Below, piece by piece: positions 50,400 through 63,915 of a stretch of 64,000 bases of DNA. The first letter of the stretch is position 1, and the number at the start of each line of letters is the position of its first letter. The DNA is from Psammoneis japonica (Eukaryota), in the NCBI GenBank assembly GCA_008632985.1, contig QPGO01000107.1, forward strand, positions 248,001-312,000. Direction: 5' to 3'. Below the pieces are notes generated by a model. That model searched no databases and was not told the origin of the DNA. It saw nothing but the letters and a program-made list of their open reading frames with translations. The position numbers and the translations under genes were made by a program.

Positions 50400-50900
50400 G
50401 CAGCAGAAAAGAGAAACAAGTTTGTTCACTCTGAGCACTTTAGAGTCAATGTTGGTGGCAGAAAACAAAGATGCCCAAAATCTTCAAAAGTTCTTCCTTG
50501 CAACTTGTGACTTCACAATGCTGCAAGTGGCATTAAAATCACTGCGTGCACTTTTAAAACCAGACAAAGTTTGTGGCAGTTGGAGATGCAGCATGGGTTT
50601 TGCCAATTTGATTTCTGGCAGGAGCAGAATTTGTCTTGGGCACCATGAACTGGGAGAATGGAGGAATGGTGCATCCAAGAATGTCTCAAGTTCAATTGGA
50701 TGGCAGCACTGAAATGACAGCTGTCACAGATGGTTTGTTGAGACTTCCAAGTCTTTCTTTCTTGTCCTTGCAGTGTTTGGGAACATTGCCCAAAACCAAA
50801 TCCAAGATCAACTTCAAGTTCAAAAATGTTTTGGCAGCCAACATCTTGGAAGACAAGTGAGTGTGAAGAAGCAATCTCATGCATGTCAAGGATGTTGTTC
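50400..50900 (-). pseudogene. Second helicase relic (C-terminal PIF1 motifs)
   Basis: SHKLQGRT followed by VLRVNKLVSLF (HKxQG / LSRV-like). Confidence 0.45.
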
Positions 50901-53900
50901 CTCAGGTTGGAAGGAAGGCATGCAAGTCAAGACAGTGACTGTGCTTGCAACAATGTCTTTTTGAAAAGACTCTCCTGCAATCCTGCCCAAAAATTTGGAC
51001 CTCCCAAACCAGTGCACGTGCACATGGATGAGAACAACATCAACACACTTGAGTTGGCCATTGTGGTGGCATGCAAAATTCCTGAAGAAGTTTTTGTTGT
51101 TGTTGATTTAGAAGAAAATCACAATGTGATGTGCTGCAACATTGACCCATCTGATGATGACCTCAAGCTGTGCATCATTGGACACAACTCTTAAAACAGC
51201 GCCACCATGGCAACATTTTTTGTCTGCACAATGATTTTGAAAGATTGTGTCCTCCTGATTCATGGATGACAAAAATTGCACCTCATGCAACAAAAACCAC
51301 CAAGGAGGAATGGTCGACCCACATGAAATGACAGCCACTGGACAAACAAAAATCTGTTTTGGACCAATTGCACAAACATGAAACCAAGTGAAACAACATT
51401 GGTTTGCACACGTTTGTCATTGTCGTTGCAACTTGTCTCAACAATTCTTGGAGAATCAACACAGGTTGGCCCATCCAGAATGACAAAAATGACTTGAACA
51501 ACCCCACTCCATTGAGTCCAGATCACACCATCAATTGTCAACATCCAGATGACAATGTGCTCTGGAGCTGCAACTTCATTTTCAAGCTGCAGAACACACA
51601 TCTCATTGTCATCATGAATGAAGTCATGCCCCTCATTTGCACGAATGAAGTCATGCTGGCTTTTTTGATGGTGATGAACAAAACTCTCAGCACATGCTTG
51701 GAGAACTCTCTTTTGTTTTCTTGTGAGCCTGTTTCCACCATGACAATGTGCCGCCAAAGCCATGACAACAACAAACCAACAAAACCACAACAAACTTCAA
51801 AATGGAAACAGTTGCACAATGCTTGCCAATGACTTCTTCCTCATGACCTTGTTGAATTGCACAGAACTTGACATGCAAGAGAGACCAGTCTTGCCAAACC
51901 AGAAAAAGATGTTCTTTTAAATGTCAGTTGTTGATGACATTGAAGAAAAACAACACAAATGCCTTGCCGAGATTTGTAAAAAAAAAAAAGCAAGTGAGCA
52001 CTCATTGTCCCACACATCACCAAAGGACACAAAAGACAAAAAACCCATTCAATCCAATGTGTGTGCCACAGACACAAACAAATCAAAATGTGTTTGAACT
52101 GTCTGCACTTTGACATCATGCAAAGCCCATTGGGATTTGTGTGAACACCTGCACAACCTGTGTGAGACCACAGAACAATCAGCGCCAAAATGACTGAAAA
52201 AAACCTTGACTCATTTCATCCAACCAGATCACCAGGTTTGGAAAACAAAAGCAAATCAATGCCAGTCATCATGCCAGGCACGATGCTCAAATCCCAACAA
52301 AAGAGCAAATCTGTCATTTTACAAATGTGTTTGACAATGAAAAAATTTCATTTGGGTGTTCTTGCCGAGCCATTGCAGATGGTCACACAAAGCAGAAAGC
52401 TCCTGTGGAACAAGTGCTGCACGCGTGCCATTGTTGAAGGTCATTTGAAAACTGGTTCCCCTTTGGAAACCTTGATTTGAGCAACAGCTGGAAGCTGTTG
52501 CAGAGCCTGTGACAACAAAGAAAACTGCAACAAAAACAAGCAATTCTTGCAAATGCAAAATGGGTGAAGTGCACCTTGCATGCGCAAGCTTGCCAACTGT
52601 CATGCTGCACTCTCACTCTCTGCTGCAGTGCAGAGCAGGTGCCAGCAGAGGCTCTCTGCTCTAAAGCCAGCACATGGAGAGGCACTGATGGCACTGCTGC
52701 ATCTCTTTGCATCTGACGTCCACTGCAACTTTGACCAAGACAACCTCGCTGCTGCAGCATGTGCCCCCCCCCCCCCCCCCCCCACTTCAAGATGCCATCT
52801 GGTGGTGCTGCAGCACTTTTCTTCAACACTTTGCTGCCCAGCCCCAACCCCTTCTGTTGTGAGAGCACTTCCACTGCACCGTGTCCCACAGTGTCAGCTG
52901 GCAGTGTTGGCCACCACACTCCATCTCTGCCAGTGCTGTCCCCCATTTCTGGTGTCACTCAGTTGGCTCACTCCACCAAATGCACAACCCCATGCCCTCA
53001 GCACCATGGGAGCAGGCAAGCCTCTCACCCTCCCACCTCCTTCTGTGCACATGCTCTCTGGCATGAACAGGGGCCACTCTTCCCACCAGTCATCTCTGCA
53101 TGCCTCCACTGGGTCCAACGACATTTTGGGCAAGCACAAGGCACTCCCCCCACCAAGTGGCATCTTGTCATGTGTGCGCTGCAGCCCTGCTGGGGGCTGC
53201 CAACAAGTCCCACGGTGCTGTCACAGTTTGGCAAAGCACCATGTTTTGCTGTGTGGGTGCTGCACCTGCTGGCCACACCCGCTGCTTGCTTCTTGTTGCT
53301 CTTTTTCGTGCATTTTCAAAAAAAATCAGCAGGTTCTTGTCAAGCACACAAAGGGAGCATGTCATCTGACAAACAGCATCATCCTCAGCAATCAGTGTCT
53401 TCCTCCAATCAGAGAAGAGGGCTCCCAAAGCTTTCATAGAATTTCATCAGATGACTGAGTTTTCTCAAAGGAACTCTAGGACAATGAAGAAATGATCCCC
53501 ACAGATTCTCGCTTTCAAATGACACTGTCAGTGAAACCTCACAATAGATTCTACATACATCTTCAGCAGCAGTTGCTGATGCTCATGAGTAATGACATTC
53601 ATTTTAGTGCCGTTAGTCAAGTCAATCCATTGAGGATGCGACTTTTGTCGCCGCGTCGGTGTTGTGGCTGGGTTGCCATTGTGGCTTCGCGCTTTGTTTT
53701 GATTTTGTGTGATTGGACGTTCGCTTGTTTCCGCCTTCCCTTTCCTCCATTTATCTCGTTGAAATCGCCATCGATTCCCGGTGCGACTTGCGTCAAGAGA
53801 ATCCTGCCGTCGACAACTGTTTCTCCTGCTTCATGGGTTGAAACCAAAGAAGACATCCTCCACGTAGATCCATTGACAAACAATGTTGTCCAGATTTCGA

Positions 53901-54156
53901 TGGACAAGTGCAGAGCCAAGGAATTCAAAGGACGCGCCTCAAGCGAGACCACCGTTAGCCGCCGTGCTCTTTGTGACCTCGAAAAGGGGATTGCCAAGGC
54001 GGAAGGAAAATCGTGAAAACCAAACTTACACTTGCGATGCAAAGGCGCGAGTATTTCCAAAAACAGCTTTCAATGAGCCAGATGCAGATTGAAGAGACGA
54101 ACTCAGACGTTTTGCAATGGGCGCAGGTATAAACAATACACAGCGAAAGCCGCATT

Positions 54157-55396
54157 TTACCAATCGGAACAACATTCACACACTTCTCTCGCAACAGCCG
54201 CAAAGTATCCTCCCTTGCACTTGCCATCCATTCGGGGACATGCCAAACAATGCGCCGCTGCAAACTCTCTCAGCGACAACAAAGTCTTTTGTTCAATATC
54301 TTTTATTCGCAAGTCGTCCAACTCTCTTGTGACGTTGGCGGTTACGGAAATGTTACCATCGATGTATTTTCTCACTCCGACTGGTTGATAATCCCATATA
54401 TATTCCTTGGCTTGAGATTTGGTCGTGTTGTCCCAAAGGACGCTGTTCAAACTCTGTGTGTAAGATCATGTTTCCGAGCAGAACACAACTCAAAACACAC
54501 ACCCAATCGACGACATTTACTCACCCATCCATCATGTCGGTTGCTTCTTCGTCCATGGCATTCATCACCGCTTGAGACGGAGGCAAAAACGGGACTATAT
54601 CCAAATAGTATTCGTACGAAGTTTGATTTACCTGTTTGTAAAAGGCCTTGGCAAATTTTGAATCTCCCGCCTTGGCCGAAGCAAACGTGACTACCTCCGT
54701 GACGTTGGGCAATTCCTCATCTTGATTTACCAGCATGGCAGCAATACTCGCCATGGCTCCACCCTTGCTGTGGCCCGTCATGAAAATCTTTATGGTATTA
54801 TTATTTGATTGCATGGCTTCCAAAATGTTGGACTTCATGGGTTTCCAAATGGATGTGACGGCCCGATAGAATCCCGAATGGAGTCTACCGGGCAAATTGG
54901 GAACGCGTTGCAATCGCAGCGCGGCATTTTGAAGCCAATCGAGTGGCGATACCGTCACTGTCCCACGAAAGGCCAATACTAGACCATCGCATGTTTCTCC
55001 CAGTAACACGGAATTGACACTCTTGGTGATACGTATCGTGGTAGTTTCAGGTAAGTAACCGGCGGCTTCAAAGTACGGAGGAACTGGATTGTAGGCACAT
55101 TGCGAGGCGCACAAGAGTCGGCCATCCAACGTCTTGGCGACAATTGAGTCGTCGTCGTCCGCGATTTCCTCCTGCACCATGAGGTGTGTCTCTACAATGC
55201 CGGTAGCGCCGGTGTCATTGACTACATCATCTACCCAAGTTTCGTTAGTGTTTAAAGACGACAACAATCGAGTTGGAAGAATGAATGGCGCTCTTCTAGT
55301 CGGAAGAATGCATGTCCTCCTCGATTTTTGTACACCGGAACATGTAAAAGCATCTGCTACAGCGACAACGGTTATAAAGTGGAATGCTCGAGTCAT
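54157..55396 (-). CDS. Class-3 lipase (alpha/beta hydrolase), 2 exons (intron 54443-54524)
   Basis: Signal peptide with ADAF, VLAFRGT, LHSGF, TGHSKGGA, VTFASAKAGD, DIVPFLPP. A GTGAGT...CAG intron joins MMDG|VLWDN. Confidence 0.9.
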
Positions 55397-56899
55397 TTTA
55401 CTTGTTTGACAAACGAAGCTTCAAGGAAGGCGTTGAGTGTTGATTGCTGCATGCCGGTTCCGGCACCACCGATGTGCAATGTGCAGCCAGAGTTCATTGC
55501 TCATCGGCCGGACCATACCTCCCAAGCCGGGAGTGGGACCATACCTACCCGTACCCGGGGAACGGATAAGCTGGCAAAAAAATGAGGATGACGTCACTCA
55601 CAGTGCTCGCAGAGCGAGCTACAGTCTGCTCGCGTTAACATATACTGGGGGTACATACGGTTTTTTAGTATATGTTATAGAGAGGGTATATTATGTTATT
55701 CCAGTCTCGTACAAAAGTACGTATATTTACCACGTACGTAGAATAAGTACCAAGATTTACGTAGCTTGAAATCTTGCGCTTCTCCCTCACGACTCACGAC
55801 GCTTTGGGGCCATGTTCGCGCGGCCACCACTGTATTTTTTGAAAAAACTCATGACCTGCCTTCATCAATTCTTTGGTCCTGCTAGGTACAAGGAAGCCCA
55901 GGACCACTTCTTAGAGTTAAATAATGGTCAACAAGGGTGTCTACAGTTGTTGTAAGTGTAGTCTTAATGGTTTCATCGCCTCAAACTAGTCGTATCACGG
56001 ATTCGCAAAATGGTCTGTCGGTCTGTCAGGCTGTCTGTTTACAGGAAAGTCTGACCTTCGTCCGAGGGGTCAGGCCGGATTTTTTAGTGTGCGTTATAGA
56101 GAGAGTATATGTTAAAAAGTGTGTGTTAGAGCGAGCAGACTGTACTCTCTACTCTAGAGCTAGAGAGGGCCCCACTCTCTAGAGTAGAGAGTAGAGTAGA
56201 GAGAGAATGGTGGCAGCTGCTCTCTGCTCCCTAGAGAGAGAGACTGCAGCTGCTGCAGTCTCTAGCATGACAGTGCGCGAACATGTTGTGTTGTCTGCCT
56301 GCGGGTTGGGGCATCGTCAACAAAATGTTTCAACTGTCATTTTCAGCGACAAGTTGTTGGTTGTTGAACCCATCTTCACTGGGCTCATTCTCTCCCAGAG
56401 TCGAGTGGGTGAAAGGTTGCAAGCAGGACCAAGTGGCTCTGGTGCCCCTGTGCTTTTTTGCCAAGCACTCCTGTCAACACCCATGCTGGTCATTTGGCTG
56501 GCCAGCTCCTCCATCAGCACCGTTGCACTGTGTCCATTGTGTGACTCCCCTCCCTTGTTGCCAAGGATGTCTCTCTTTGTTGGACAGTGCAGTTGTTGAT
56601 GGGTTGAAGATTGCTGTGTCCATTGCATGTGGTGGCAACAGCTTGTCCTCTGCCAGACATGAGCACATTTGGGAGCACAGCAATTGGTCAGAGTTTGTTG
56701 TGGGCTTGATGGACTGGGGTGTGTGCGCTCTGCAAGCAAGAGATGTGTGTCTGTGGTCACACTGGCTTGTGACTTGTTGTCAACAGACAAGACTGTTTGT
56801 TGGCATGGCCCAGCCAGCCTGTGCTTCTGTGTTTCTTGTCAGCACCCAGCCAATGGAGAATGAACAGGGCTGTGCAGCCAAATGCTTGCATTGCAAACC

Positions 56900-59800
56900 A
56901 TGGCAAAGGCCATTTCTCCAGGGGCTTTGAAAATGTTGTGACAAGTTGGGACAATGCCTCCTCCTCTTCATGGCTTTTTTCCTGCATTTTGGAAGCATGG
57001 TTTCATGGGCTGATGAGTTGTCTGTGGAGCTGCCTGCAAGGAGTCTGAGAGAGACAGAGCCCGCATTCAAAGAACTGCAGAGAGTGTGTGCAGAGAACAT
57101 CCAAGCTGTGGAGCATGCATCAGACTGCTCATTTGCATGAATCTAGCATCCTTTGGTGGTGCCAAGAAGGAAACAAGCCTGCCAAAAAGTGGGAACTTTC
57201 TCATCCGGAAATCTTGGTGGGGCCCATGGGATGACACAACCACAGGCCAAAGTTCACAGACATGATGGCATTGAGTCTGAGAAATCTGCTGAGCAACAAT
57301 GAAGCAGAGCTTGTGGCTGTGTGCAACAAGCTTCAAGAACATCAGGTCAAGGATCACAAGCAGAAGAACATCAATTGCACTCCACTGCCAAGGTCAGCAA
57401 TTGGGTGGCCATGGTGTGGCCCTGTCTGAAAGAAAGTGTCAATGAGGCCAGAAGTGCCAAAATTCTGGCTGACCCTCATCCCAGTCCCTTCTGCCATGCT
57501 GGCTGTCAGTGCACTGGAGAAGTGTGGTGGGTCAGCATTTGCTGGCTTTTGCGGAAAAAAGCGCAGTGGTGCCCATGGACTGGACTTTTTTTGTGTCCTT
57601 GTTGTCAGCTTTGAATGCAGTCTGATTGTCAGGCCTGGCCCTCACCAGGGAGAGATGCAGCTGCTTGTGGTGGTGAAACATGCACAAGCTGGCCCACTTT
57701 GTTCTTGCTCAACAATGGCATCAAGGCATCAATGGCAAAACAGGCTTTTTTTGGCAGGGTGTGCTGTGACACCCCTGACATTGCCTGGAACCCAATGGCC
57801 AATGGTGCACTGAAGAACACAGCCCTTCTTTGTGAATTTGACCCTGCCATCCCCAGAGAAATCAGTGGTCATTTGTGCAGCACTTTGCTCCAACATGCAG
57901 TGATGGGCACACTGTTTTCTACCTGCACTTGTTGTTGAGGGCCATGGCAATGTCCAGTGGCACCCACCATTTGATGTGAAATGGTTTCATTTCATCAGCA
58001 ACATGCCACATTGTGGCACAGTGCTTGCCACATTGATGGTCTTGTTGACCATGCACCAATCATGTGGGTTCCTTGACTTGAGTCCTGGGTCTCACCTGCA
58101 CAGGAATGAGGGCAGATTCATCCAGAGGAGAAGAGCTCCTTGGAGGATTCCATGTGTGGTCACTTTTTCAGCTCCATGAACAACACAGGTTTTCCCTTCT
58201 CTCCATTGCCACACACTTGTGGCACTTCCTTGCATCAACCCAGTGGAGCAACTCAGCCAGTCTTGTGTGTGTCAACCAGCCCATGATGTCACTGTGCATG
58301 AATGCACCTTGCAAGTTGGTGCTCATTGCTTGGCATTGCTCCTGTGGATCAATTGCAGAAGACAGAAATGAGGTGTGGGATTGCTTCTGTCAGTGCAGAG
58401 ATGTTTCCTCTTTGCTTTTGTGTGGTCGTTGTTTCTTCCTGTCAGTGCATCTCCTGCCCTTGATTGCGCTGTCGACGCGTTCCAGCCGTAGGTGGGACTC
58501 CGTGTGACATTGGGCCCGTAGAATTCTACGTGCGAGCTCCGTAGTACGAGAATTTAATTAATGGATACATTTATCTTCAACATCAAATAAACCGCCAAGT
58601 TTGTGGTACAATAGTGCCTCTCACCACTCGACTTTTTTGCAAATACGCCTGCCCTACGCGATTCTTAAGACATTATAGAATCGCGCTGTAACAAAAAATG
58701 TCAAAAGTTGTTGGACGGATCGCTCAATAAGTGTACTGTAAAATGACACAAAATATCGAAAAAATCACGTAGAAATCTACGTGCGCGACATACGACGTGA
58801 TTCAAAAAACTGTCGATGTCACAGTTCAGTAGTACGAGGTCCCACCTCTAGTAGACCTGGAACACGTCTGTCTTGCCTCTGCTTGAGACACATGAAATGC
58901 CTTTGTGTGTTTTTCTTTTGCTCCCTTGTTGTGTCTTTGGCAAACACCAGCTGGACAACATTGCAGAAGGATGGCTGCTTCATTTGCTTGACCACAGCAT
59001 CAGCTCTGGCTCTGCCAAGCCAACATCCACTTGGCAAGGAAAAGTGCCCCCCACCGGGCCTTCAAAGTGTTGGATGATTGGGCGCAGCAGCCAGCCCAGC
59101 TCATGATTGCATCTGTGGCTGCAGCCCTTCTCCTTGCAAGCTTGAAGGTTGCACACCTGGCGCTCCTCTTTCCACATCAGCACCTGTGGTCTGCCAGTGC
59201 CACCATCATTGTCTTCCTCTTTGTCACAGTCACAACCAGAGTTGGGGCCACACTCCACTTGGAGGGCAGGTGCTTGGTCATCCCAGTTTGCCCCCATGAC
59301 TTCAATTTTCATTGCTCATGTCTTTGGTCTGTCCCAACTGAGCTTGTCTGGGAATGAGTTCCAGCACCTGGTCTGAGTCAGTGCTGCCCACATCCGCTCC
59401 TGCATTTTCTGCTGGTTTGGTCTGTCACTCCCCACTCTGGCTTCTTGAGCAGCTTCTTCCACTCCAGTCATTGCACTGGGGCACAGAGTGTTTTCTGTTG
59501 AGGGGTCTTCCACTCTTGCTGTTGGCACCTCTCTCCAGCAAGTCTCCCACTCATGTGGTTGCCTTGGCTGTGGGCGACACATCTGCTCCACCAGCCAGTG
59601 CATCAGATCTCCATTGGAAGCCATTGTTGGTGGGTGCACTCCTGTGACCCAAGTGTGTCTGGACAAGGGTTGGGTCTGAAATCAGCATCATCTGAGGGAT
59701 CAGATGAGCAGCCACCATTGTCAAGGAGGAGTTGTCAGCAGAGTTGTCATTGTTGGGGTCACAGCTTGTGCTCTCATTGTGCACAGAGTTGGGGTGGTGG

Positions 59801-60850
59801 GGAAGTCAATGTCCACATCTGTCAGCAAAGGCAAGGGTTCAGCACATGTCTTGGCTGGCCCTGAGTTTGTCAACATGGTGAACAACATCAGACAGCATGG
59901 GCATGGCTGTCCAGTGGTTTTTGCAAATGACATCATGCTTGTTGCCAGTGGTGAGAAACATGAAATGGTGCCCCCCTTGTCCATTTCCTGCAAGTCTGAG
60001 GCAGACAGCACTGGTGGTTGTTGGGTGCACAGTGTTGTTGCACTCTTCATGGACCTGAGCACAGCTGCCAAACTCAAGGGTTGTGCATGTTTTTGACTGT
60101 CAATGTGCTGACCAGTGGTGACACAGCTCCCTGGTTGTGCTGCCAGGGTTCAGGAGCAGTGCATTGAGCCAGGAAGTGGAGCTGCAGACCAAATGAATGA
60201 GGATCATTTGCAAGGTTTGCTTGAAGGGAAGGGAGCTGAAGCCACTGTGCCTCCTGTCCTTGACTGTTCAGATGCGTTGCTCAACATCTGCCATGTGCAC
60301 TCATCCTGTGAGTGTGCAGGTTGAATGCTGCATTTGGCATGAGGTCCTCAAGGGCCTGGAATTCTGGGTCAGCATGAATGGTTGCTGTCAGGGTTTGTCA
60401 GTGCCAACACCTGAGGACCATGTGACCTTCTTGAGCATGGCAGCTGCAGCACTGCCCCTGCTGTGTGGTGGCACATGCACTGAGCTTGCTGCTCTTGTTG
60501 CCACCACCACATCCTTTTGGGCTTGTTGTGCTGCTCAATGTCCTGCACTTTGTCTGGCTCCTCTGTTGCACTGGTTGACAGCGACCCTTTCAGTTGTGAA
60601 GGCTGGCTCAGTTTTGTCACTGTGAGTGCCACCATTGTGGTGCTCAGGTGGCACACAGTTGAGGGTGCAGCTGCAGCAGGTTCCTCTGCAGACTTTGGGC
60701 CATTGTCCAAACCCCTTGAGCACTTGCTTCAATGTCTGCCACAAGGTTCCCACATCAATTGTGGTTGCTGTTGAGGAGGGGAAAACACCCCCAACAGATT
60801 GACTTTGTCCCCTCACAGATCAGTCACAAAATGGGAATCCCGGACTCAGC
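56900..60850 (-). mobile_element. Ty1/Copia pol relic (integrase-RT-RNase H)
   Basis: HMADVEQRI*TVKDR..LPF..WLNA; AVCLRLAGNGQGGHHFM..NHWTAMPM; KQMKQ..LKQRQDSAIKGRRCTD; NPHDWCMVNKTIN; TFSKPL. LTRs not identified. Confidence 0.8.
58474..58868. mobile_element. 395-bp MITE-like insertion in the Copia RT
   Basis: TSD TGTC (58470-73 / 58869-72); inverted ends GACGYGTTCCAG...AGGTGGGAC. Removal restores KQRQD|SAIKGR. Confidence 0.85.
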
Positions 60851-61019
60851 ATGGGTTCCATGTTGTTTGCAGGACTCCCCCCCCCCCCCCCAGTGGCCAG
60901 AGCTGGCATTGGGCAAAAGATTTAAAAGTTCACTTCAGCTGCAGCATGCTGCATCAATCCTCTTGCTGTCTCTCCCACCAGCATTTAATTTGCTGTGTTG
61001 TGTTGTTTGCTTCATCATT

Positions 61020-62035
61020 GACTGTGTCAAGTGTGGGTGGTGATGAGGTTTCTGAGCCAGTGCTGAAGTGCAAGAGAATCAAAAATGTCTTTGAGCTTGA
61101 CCCTTGGATCAACCCTGATGCAGGCAAGAGTGTCTTCACTGACAATGAGTTGGACAGTGCACTCTCCAAAATTGCACACAATGAGTGGTGTGGTGCATTC
61201 CTGCACAAGGAGACAAACTGTTTTGGAGATTCAAGAGGTGGGTGCCAAGGAAACTGAAGATTGGACAACAACAAGTGGCACGTTGTCCATTTCAATGTCA
61301 AAGCAAGTGCAACTGCCATGTGGAGATTGTTCAAAACCATCCAAACAACAACCAAATTTCCAAAGGATTGGTGCCTCATGCTGACTGCAATGTGTCTTTC
61401 TACAAGAGCCAACTGGCAAAACAAGTCTTGCAAGTCTTTGGCTTGCCATGGCATGCTGAGTTGCATCTGAGTCAATTGCTTCAAAAGGGCCTTGGACAGA
61501 ATTTGAATCTTGACAAGGGTGCACAGAGGAAAGCCCAGAGGATGCTTTCAAAACAAGCCAAGCAAGTGTTGAGGTTGTGCCCCACCAATGGAGAGAGTGG
61601 AGTGGGGTGGGGATGCATTGTGGATGCCCTTGAGAGATGCAAGCATGACTCCATGAGTCCTGACGCATTCAACAAGCACACAACATGGGTGCTTTTGTGG
61701 TGACAAGCATTTTTGTGACAGCAACGCAGAGCAACTGTGTTGTGCTTTTTCTGCAGAGAATCTGCTGCTGAAAAGATGTTGTCAACTTGCGCCAGGGCAG
61801 AATTTCTTTGCTGTCAACACATTGCACCCACAAAAAGGCTGGTTTAATGCCAATCAAGGTTGTCAGTTTTAAACGAGATGGCCACATTGTTGCATGTGGT
61901 GTTGCATCAAATGAAGATGAGGAAACATGCAAAATCATCTTTCAGAGCATCAAGAAGGCTGTGAAAGATGTTGTTGGTAGATGTGTTGCTTGTGGGGATC
62001 AGCATGCTTGGGATGCAGTGGAGAGAGCAAAGTGA
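61020..62035 (+). pseudogene. MULE transposase relic
   Basis: VFSAENLL..AGLMPIKVVSFKRDGHIVACGVASNEDEETCKIIFQSIK resembles the MULE core. Confidence 0.55.
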
Positions 62036-63915
62036 CAGTGGAATTTAAATGCTTGTCAACACAATGCAACACAGTGCAATGCAGTGAAATGTGGTGCAAC
62101 ATGCTCTGGCCACCACCAGCTGGTTTACACTCAATTTTGCAATGAAATCATGAGTTGATCATTTGATCTTGGAAATTGATTGTAAAGAAAATGTTGTGCA
62201 ATGCCATGCAATGCAGCACAACACATGCAATGCAACACAGAAACAGCTCATTGACTTGCATTCAATTTTGCACTCCAATCACAAATCTTTCATTTGGGCT
62301 TCATGAGTCAATCATCAGGGCTCCTCCATGCTTTGCAGTCTTGGGACAACTGAAAAACTCAATGTCATTTCTCAGTGCTTTGCCATGGCACATGAATGGC
62401 AGTGCTGTGCATGATGCTGGCAATCTTGCATGTGCCAGACATGAACCTGTGTTGATGCCTCATTCCAAAAGCTCTTTTGTTGGCATTGCTTGCAGCCCTT
62501 TGTGTGTGAGCATTGTGTGAAGCTCTTTTGTTGTGACTCAAGTCATGTCATCTGATGGTTGGATCAACCTCACAATGTGGAATGTCTTGATTCAATCCAC
62601 AGCCATTTCACAACTCATGTCACACTCAGTGATGGCTTTTTCAGGGTTCAGGAGCAGCGTCTTTGTCTTGTGTTGATGCAGCCATCAATTTGTTGCAAGG
62701 CCTTTTTTGCATGCATCAATGTCATCTGCATTGATGCCAAGGGCAACAAGGTCATTCTCATGAAATGCTGCCCCCAACAATGTGTGGCCCTTGCAGCAGC
62801 AGCCATTCCAAGATGCCCACGGCCCTGTGGATTTGCTTCAAGGGTCACACATTGTTGGGGGCAGCACTGCATGAATGATCTTGTTGTTGACCTTGGCGTT
62901 GATGCAGACCAACCCCAATGCAGGCAAGAGTGTCTTCACTGACAATGAGTTGGGCAATGCACTCTCCAAAATTGCACACAATGAGTGGTGGTGTGTTCCT
63001 GCACAAGGAAACAAAGTGTTTTGGAAGTTCAAGAGGGGTGGGATCCAAGGAAGCTGAAGGGTGGACAACAACAAGTGGCGTGTTGTCCATTTCAGTGTCA
63101 AAGCAAGAGCAACTGCCACATGGAGATTGTTCAAAACCATCCAAACAAGAATCAAATTTTCAAAGGATTGATGCCTCATGCTGACCACAATGTGTCTTCT
63201 TTCTACAATGGCCAACTGGCAAAACAAGTCTTGCAAGTCTTTGGCTTGCCATGGCATGCTCAGTTGCATCTGAGTCAATTGTTTCAGAAGGGCCTTGGAC
63301 AGAATCTGAATCTTGACAAAGGTGCACAGAGAAAAGCCCAGAGGATGCTTTCAAAACAAGCCAAGCAAGTGTTGAGGTTGCACCTCACCAACAGAGAGAG
63401 TGGAGTGGGGTGGGGATGCATTGTGGACAACAGGAAAACTCAATGTCATTTCTCAGTGCTTTGCCATGTGGCACATGAATGGCAGTGCCGTGCATGATGC
63501 TGGCAATCTTGCATGTGCAAGACAAGAGACCTGTGTTGATGCCTCATTTTCCAACAGCTCTTCTGTTGGCATTGCTTGCAGCCCATTGTGTGCAAGCATT
63601 GTGTGAAGCTCTTTTGTTGTGACTCAAGTCATGTCATCTGATGAAGGGATCAGCCTCACAATGTGGAATGTTTTGATCAAATCCACAGCCATTTCACAAC
63701 TCATGTTGAACCCAGTGATGGCATTTTTAGGGTTCTGGAGCAGTGTCTTGTGTTGGTGCAGCCGTCAATTTGTTGCAAGACATTTTTTGCACACATCAAG
63801 AATGTCACCTGCATCAATGCCAAGGTCAACAAGATCATTCATGCAGTGCCACCCCCAACAATGTGCGACCCTTGCAGTGCATCCACAGGGCCACGGGCAT
63901 CTTGGAATGGCTGCT
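61111..63915. repeat. Local duplication/foldback complex
   Basis: 61111-61625 matches 62911-63427; 62343-62795 matches 63425-63880; 62800-62907 is an inverted copy of 63810-63913. Confidence 0.85.

Noticed and set aside
52763..52782. Poly-C run (also ~60877-60891) as a G-quadruplex element
   Set aside because: Simple homopolymers in decayed repeats, with unreliable length.
10507..53440. Classical RIP or an alternative genetic code as the explanation for Tyr loss
   Set aside because: RIP would enrich TA. Host genes use TAY normally, and sister LTRs show the changes in non-coding DNA.
53492..54060. Overlapping ORFs on both strands downstream of the lipase
   Set aside because: Unmutated DNA that could be coding, but strand and product cannot be supported.
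56300..58470. Possible LINE reverse transcriptase
   Set aside because: Motifs and order fit Copia RT/RNase H, continuous with the integrase to the right.
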